Positions 56,601 through 64,000 of a DNA stretch of 64,000 nt are shown one piece after another. The notes under the pieces are model-generated. The model saw nothing but the letters and a program-made list of their open reading frames with translations, had not been told where the DNA came from and did not search any database. The DNA is taken from positions 806,001 to 870,000 of the forward strand of contig CM074814.1 in NCBI GenBank assembly GCA_037447605.1. The letters are read 5' to 3'. The stretch's first letter is position 1. The number at the start of each line of letters is the position of its first letter. This DNA is from Zygnema circumcarinatum SAG 698-1b. Taxonomy: Eukaryota; Plantae; Zygnematophyceae. The position numbers and the translations under genes are program-made.

Positions 56601-57572
56601 ACAAAAGCCGTCAGTCAAGCCATGCTTCAGAAAATCATGTGCGAACGGGTTTGCGAAGAACTGTCAAGATTGTGTTCACATAGGCCATGGCTGAAGCAGA
56701 ATACCAGCTTACCGCTGAGCGTAATGCGCCAAATACATGTACACCATTCTTTTCACGTGCAGGGACTGCACAACTATGTTCTTTACGACCTGAAATGCCA
56801 ATCATTCCACAATGCCAGTCAAACAATCTGATGGGTCTGCATTCTTCCTTGGAATTGGCGATTCAAGAGCCAAGTAATAACTTGAACGATACTACAAGAA
56901 AAGCAGCTTCTAATAACAAGGAGCCACCGACATAAATGAGGAATCAAGAAGTTCCTTACCTCAGGGAAAAACTCTGAAACGTCTGTGCCAAGAGACATGA
57001 GGGCTAGCAGCCGCTTCATGCCCTCTGCTTTCTCTGCTATGAACTTGCTATCCAATAAAACCTTCACGTCTGGCCCATCCTCTGGGTCATCATAAAACTG
57101 CCCATCACTGCACAAAAGGGTTTTTGGAATAGATTAGAAGAAAAAAAAATATGGAGGAGGGGAGGGAGAGGGGAGGGAGAGTGGGAAGGGGGGGGAGATG
57201 GGGAGACGCAGAGAGATAGAAAGGAGGATTAGAGAGGAAAGGGAAGAGGGAAGAAGCAGAGTGTCATCTCCTCTCTACATCCTTTAGGGAGTGTGGAAGA
57301 TACTCGTCTGAAAGGCATTTAAAAAGAAGTTGTGATTATCATCTAACAATAATACGTTTAATTTTTAAAACGCAAAGTTACAATGGAAGTGTAACATTTC
57401 TTACAGTTCCTCACCTTGTAATGCGGCCGAGTAGAGAAGGCAAGCGACCGAGGCCCTGCGCAGCCCGGGCCAGCGATGTGAAGGCGCTGCCGCTGCCAGC
57501 AGGCATCCTCAGAGAGAGAGGGATGCGAGATGTGAATTGAACGGCATCATCAAACGTGAATGAGGCAGCCAT
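50639..57572 (-). CDS. AP3B: AP-3 adaptor complex subunit beta, multi-exon
   Basis: Exons encode FYDDPED...LLDSKFIAEKAEGMKRLLALMSLG.DVSEFFPEVVKN, RPDEALLAINSLQRELSDPNPLVRAQALRAM, SAYVRRCAAHAI, DQNYDIRDRGR and ...VKVNCEDAVLGLNLL. Start is either 57572 or the in-frame ATG at 57506; stop TAG at 50639-50641. Confidence 0.92.
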
Positions 57573-57780
57573 GGCTCGTGCTGCAAAAAGCGCTCAGCAA
57601 TCTACCACCTAGTATCTGCCTCTACATTGCCGCGCCGTTAGATTGACACATACAACTAAAGGTGAATACTGATTTCAAGCGCATCATTTGGCGAACGACC
57701 TGCGAATCGTTGCATTTCCAGAGACAAAGCACAGCTCTGAATTACAAGAATGGAGCATTACAAAACTCACAGCCACTGCA

Positions 57781-57853
57781 GGGTTAGGGCTGAAATTAGG
57801 GTTAGGGCTGAAATAGGGTTAGGGCTGAAATTAGGGTTAGGGTTCGCGTTAGG
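57781..57853 (+). repeat. Degenerate telomere-like repeats (TTAGGGTTAGGGCTGAAA-type 18-mer, ~3 copies)
   Basis: Direct reading: gggttagggctgaaattagggttagggctgaaatagggttagggctgaaattagggttagggtt. Confidence 0.8.
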
Positions 57854-57862
57854 CATACAACA

Positions 57863-57958
57863 GCCAACGGTCATTTTCCCTCTCGCACGCGGCCATCCAA
57901 CGGCCGGAAGCCTCCACGTGTCCACGTGGCCCATCCAACGGTGGTTATCTAACGGTCT
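57863..57958 (+). promoter_or_regulatory. Cluster of four co-oriented MSA-like (YCYAACGGYY) motifs plus two adjacent G-boxes
   Basis: CCAACGGTC 57864, TCCAACGGCC 57896, TCCAACGG 57934, TCTAACGGTC 57948; CCACGTGTCCACGTGG at 57913-57928. Function is inferred from the plant 3R-MYB consensus. Confidence 0.5.
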
Positions 57959-58052
57959 GAATTTCTCTGCTCGTACGTTATTTTCTTTAAAGCGGTTTGT
58001 AGCGGTTGTAGCGGTTTGCAGTTTTACAGTTTGGCCTTGCCTTGGACTACGG

Positions 58053-58316
58053 TTTAGGATTAGGGTTAGGGTTAGGGTTTAAGGTTAGGGTTAGGGTTAG
58101 GGTTTAGCGTTAGGGTTAGGGTTAGGGTTAGGGTTAGGGTTAGGGTTAGGGTTAGGGTTAGGGTTAGGGTTAGGATTAGGGTTAGGGTTAGGGTTAGGGT
58201 TAGGGTTAGGGTTAGGGTTAGGGTTAGGGTTAGGGTTAGGGTTAGGGTTAGGGTTAGGGTTAGGGTTAGGGTTAGGGTTAGGGTTAGGGTTAGGGTTAGG
58301 GTTAGGGTTAGGGTTA
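58053..58316 (+). repeat. Internal (TTAGGG)n telomeric array, ~44 units
   Basis: Degenerate units on the left, near-perfect TTAGGG on the right; ends abruptly at ...GGGTTA|AGTACC. Confidence 0.95.
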
Positions 58317-58440
58317 AGTACCGTCAAAGTTTAGTTTTACTCCAGTAGCCTCCCCTAATATTTTCCACCCTGTACAGTGCGTCCCCAAGAAATTCGCCCC
58401 GATTTTGCCGAAACCACCTTTTTGTATGGTAACTTTGTGT

Positions 58441-58780
58441 TAGCCGTACTTTCCATACTATCCGTACTAGCCGTACTAGCCGTTACGGGCTTACGCAAAA
58501 GTCACCTACTGTAATCTCCCGGCACGAGCCGCCGTAAGAGGCGCTAGCTCGTCTCCCCTTCTTCTTGACTTCGATACGATACGGTATGATACGGTACGAT
58601 ACGGTACGATATGGTACGATACGCCCCGATAAGGTATTGTCCGTACGAGCCGTACGAGCTGAGACGAACAAAGCGGAAAATTACGTCTATGCGTCACGAT
58701 ATGTCACGATACGATACGATGCTAAACGATACAGTAGGATACGGTACGATGTCGTACGGTACGATACGTACGGTCCAACA
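58441..58780. repeat. GTAC/CGATAC-rich degenerate short tandem repeats (10-mer GGTACGATAC core)
   Basis: e.g. gatacgatacggtatgatacggtacgatacggtacgatatggtacgatacg at 58572-58623, recurring at 58700-58775. Confidence 0.75.
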
Positions 58781-59307
58781 TGAACTCTAACATAATACCG
58801 CCCGTCTATTGGTAACACGAACCTTATATTTGCAAAATCAATATTTTCGCCTCATATTGGCCAAAACCCATGGCGAAAATATGAGGACTGTTTACTGTAC
58901 ATGTTTGTCTTTTTGTGCGTACTTAACCTTCAATGGCTTAGGGAGGAAATCGTCATTGAACTCGCGATGGCAAGGCCATCAAATGTACATGGACAAAGGC
59001 AAAATGTGGAACAACGAAGGACTTTCACAAAGGACCGAAACACAATAAAACGAAGCTAGGGGCGGAAAACTACGCCTAGAACAACGCAGCCCTAAAAGGG
59101 GGCCGCGAAGGTCACCGATGTGAGGCACGTCGCGAGGAGGGCGGTTCAGAGTCCGCTACCTTAAAATACGGAGATCACTGCATTACAGCAGATTTTTCCG
59201 CCTTAGTATCTGCGTTTCCTACGAAATTTGCCTTAATACTGAAGGCCTTACAGTTTTTATCATTCCGATATTTAAGGCTTCCATTCGAAATGTTTCGCCC
59301 GGGAAGA

Positions 59308-59381
59308 TGATTTGTGCCGGGCTCGAACCGGCGACCTGCAGCGTGTAAGGCTGACGTGATAACCAACTACACCAACGAACC
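59308..59381 (-). tRNA. tRNA-Val-TAC: tRNA-Val (anticodon TAC), with two stem mismatches
   Basis: GGTTCGT TG GTGTAGTTGGTTATCAC G TCAGC CTTACAC GCTGC AGGTC GCCGG TTCGAGC CCGGC ACAAATC A. Intact A and B boxes and T arm; mismatches C5:A68 and T27:C43. Confidence 0.82.
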
Positions 59382-59410
59382 ATGGGAAAAACAGATGTAT
59401 TTATTGAACC

Positions 59411-59450
59411 TGATTCGTGCCGGGCTCGATCCGGCGACCTTCAGTGTGTT
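59411..59450 (-). pseudogene. 3' half of a second tRNA-Val, truncated at the anticodon loop by a MITE
   Basis: Minus strand AACAC ACTGA AGGTC GCCGG ATCGAGC CCGGC ACGAATC A; the 5' half is absent on the far side of the MITE. Confidence 0.75.
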
Positions 59451-59452
59451 TA

Positions 59453-59653
59453 GGGGGAGTCCGACCTTGACCATCGCTTAAGAAATTCCCGAATTCCTTA
59501 TACTAGAAGTCACTTCTTTCGTGTACGAATTCCGGGTTCAGGATCCGCGGCTCCGCCGTACACAGCCGTACCGAAATGCGTACCTAGCCAATGCTGAATT
59601 CGACCGACAGGCTTACGAAATTGATTTGGCGATGGTCAAGGTCTGACTCCCCC
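59453..59653. mobile_element. 201-bp MITE with 25-bp TIRs, flanked by TA
   Basis: GGGGGAGTCCGACCTTGACCATCGC (59453-59477) vs GCGATGGTCAAGGTCTGACTCCCCC (59629-59653), one mismatch; TA at 59451-59452 and 59654-59655. Confidence 0.85.
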
Positions 59654-60825
59654 TAATATATTTGCCGAAACCATGGCGAAAATATGACGGGGGTACTGTA
59701 ATACGGATGTACTGACGGATGTACGGACGTACTGTTTACGGATTCCTAAAAAATCGTACATATCAAACCGCTTCGTACAGCAATTGCGGTTTACGGGTAC
59801 TGTACTGTACTGTACTCACTTTGTCCTGGGCAGTACGAAACACTTGCCAACTGCCGTACCGGAAATTTGCCGGCCGGTAACTCACTCGCGGCTGGGCCAG
59901 AAACGACGCGGGAACTGACCGGTACGGCAGGACGGCGATCGACAAGAAGCGCAGTCGAAACTAGTACACAATTGCCTTTGGTTGGAAGGCACAAGTTCAG
60001 TTGGATAGTACGGTTTTTGAAACCGAGCCCTTGCAGGATTTCCAGTGCGCACCTTGTGTGTGGCTGTTTTTCTCTCAGCTCGCTCGCTCTCGGGCGAGGG
60101 GAGGGAGGGAGGGAGGAGGTGCGAGGGAGCCCAGGTGAGGGCCGGGGGCGCTGTCGCTTTCCCTCTCTCTCGCTCGGTCTCTATCTCTCTCTGCCTCTCT
60201 CTTCCTTCAGATATCTCTCTCTCTCCCCCTTTTATGTTGGCACTCTTCACTTTTATCATCAATGTGAAAATTATTTGCTTGGATCATCACCTTAACCACC
60301 TGCTCTTGTCATTTCCTCGAAACTGAAAACATGGTCAGAGTGACAGTCTGACGACTCACTCAAAACTTGAAACTTTCGAACCACAATTATCGCCAGCAAA
60401 AAAATCCTTGTACTCTCTTTGAGCCTGCATAATCATTCTGCATTTTCTTATATCATTGGAAACCAACAACTTCGAATAGTACCCTGTCATGCTCCAGAAA
60501 TGGAAACACGAGCAAAATGGCTTTGTCTAATAGTTTGGTCCTTGTGTTCAATGAATCAATTTCCTTATTGAAGGCCTTCAATTGGTCTTCTAAATGGGAG
60601 AGTTCCCATTGATGTAGTAGAAAAATGGTTCAAGAATGGACCCTTAACACCCTAAATGCAAAAAATGAAGACAAATGGCACGAGTATCTAAGGCAAATTG
60701 TTTCGTCTTCTTTCTCATGGAGCCCGAGCAGTAGAGGAGTGCCTTTTCTGCAAATTGTGGCGAGGCTTTTTCCCCCCCATTTGTGGGCTTGAAGGGGCGA
60801 GTGGAGACCCTGCAAACTGCGAGTC

Positions 60826-63870
<3,045 letters not shown>

Positions 63871-64000
63871 GTGAGAATTCCTCGCTCCTATTCTCAGTTT
63901 GCAGACAAATGCTGTTAGTGTCCCTCTCTCGAGATATCCACGTGCTGCATATGCTGATGCATCATCATCTCTTCTTTTCTCTTCTCTTCTCTTCTCTTCT

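Overview
Eukaryotic nuclear DNA from a compact, intron-rich genome. The proteins look like those of land plants, and the window has abundant (CT/GA)n microsatellites and a TTAGGG array, so the source is probably a streptophyte (charophyte-type) alga; that assignment is inference. Genes reconstructed by hand across splice sites: the last exon of an unidentified gene (+), HDA14 histone deacetylase (-), FGAM synthase PUR4/PFAS (+), MON1 (-), an orphan membrane protein (-), a stand-alone protein closely matching the N-terminal 10-formyl-THF hydrolase domain of animal ALDH1L (-), NOL6/UTP22 (-), AP-3 beta (-), and the 5' part of a GT92/GALS-like glycosyltransferase (+). Also present are tRNA-Val(UAC) plus a truncated tandem copy, several inverted-repeat elements, an internal (TTAGGG)n array and a ~1.45 kb (CT)n tract. 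The strongest unexplained signals are three. (1) A palindromic promoter module, CCAAT-N9-CCACG-N14-17-CGTGG-N9-ATTGG (two head-to-head ERSE-like half-sites), occurs six times: five upstream of genes and one at the centre of a foldback element. (2) The ALDH1L-type hydrolase lacks its ACP and ALDH domains. (3) A telomere-like junction has an MSA/CHR-like promoter pointing into it. Exon coordinates were read manually and may be off by a few bases; no database searches were run.
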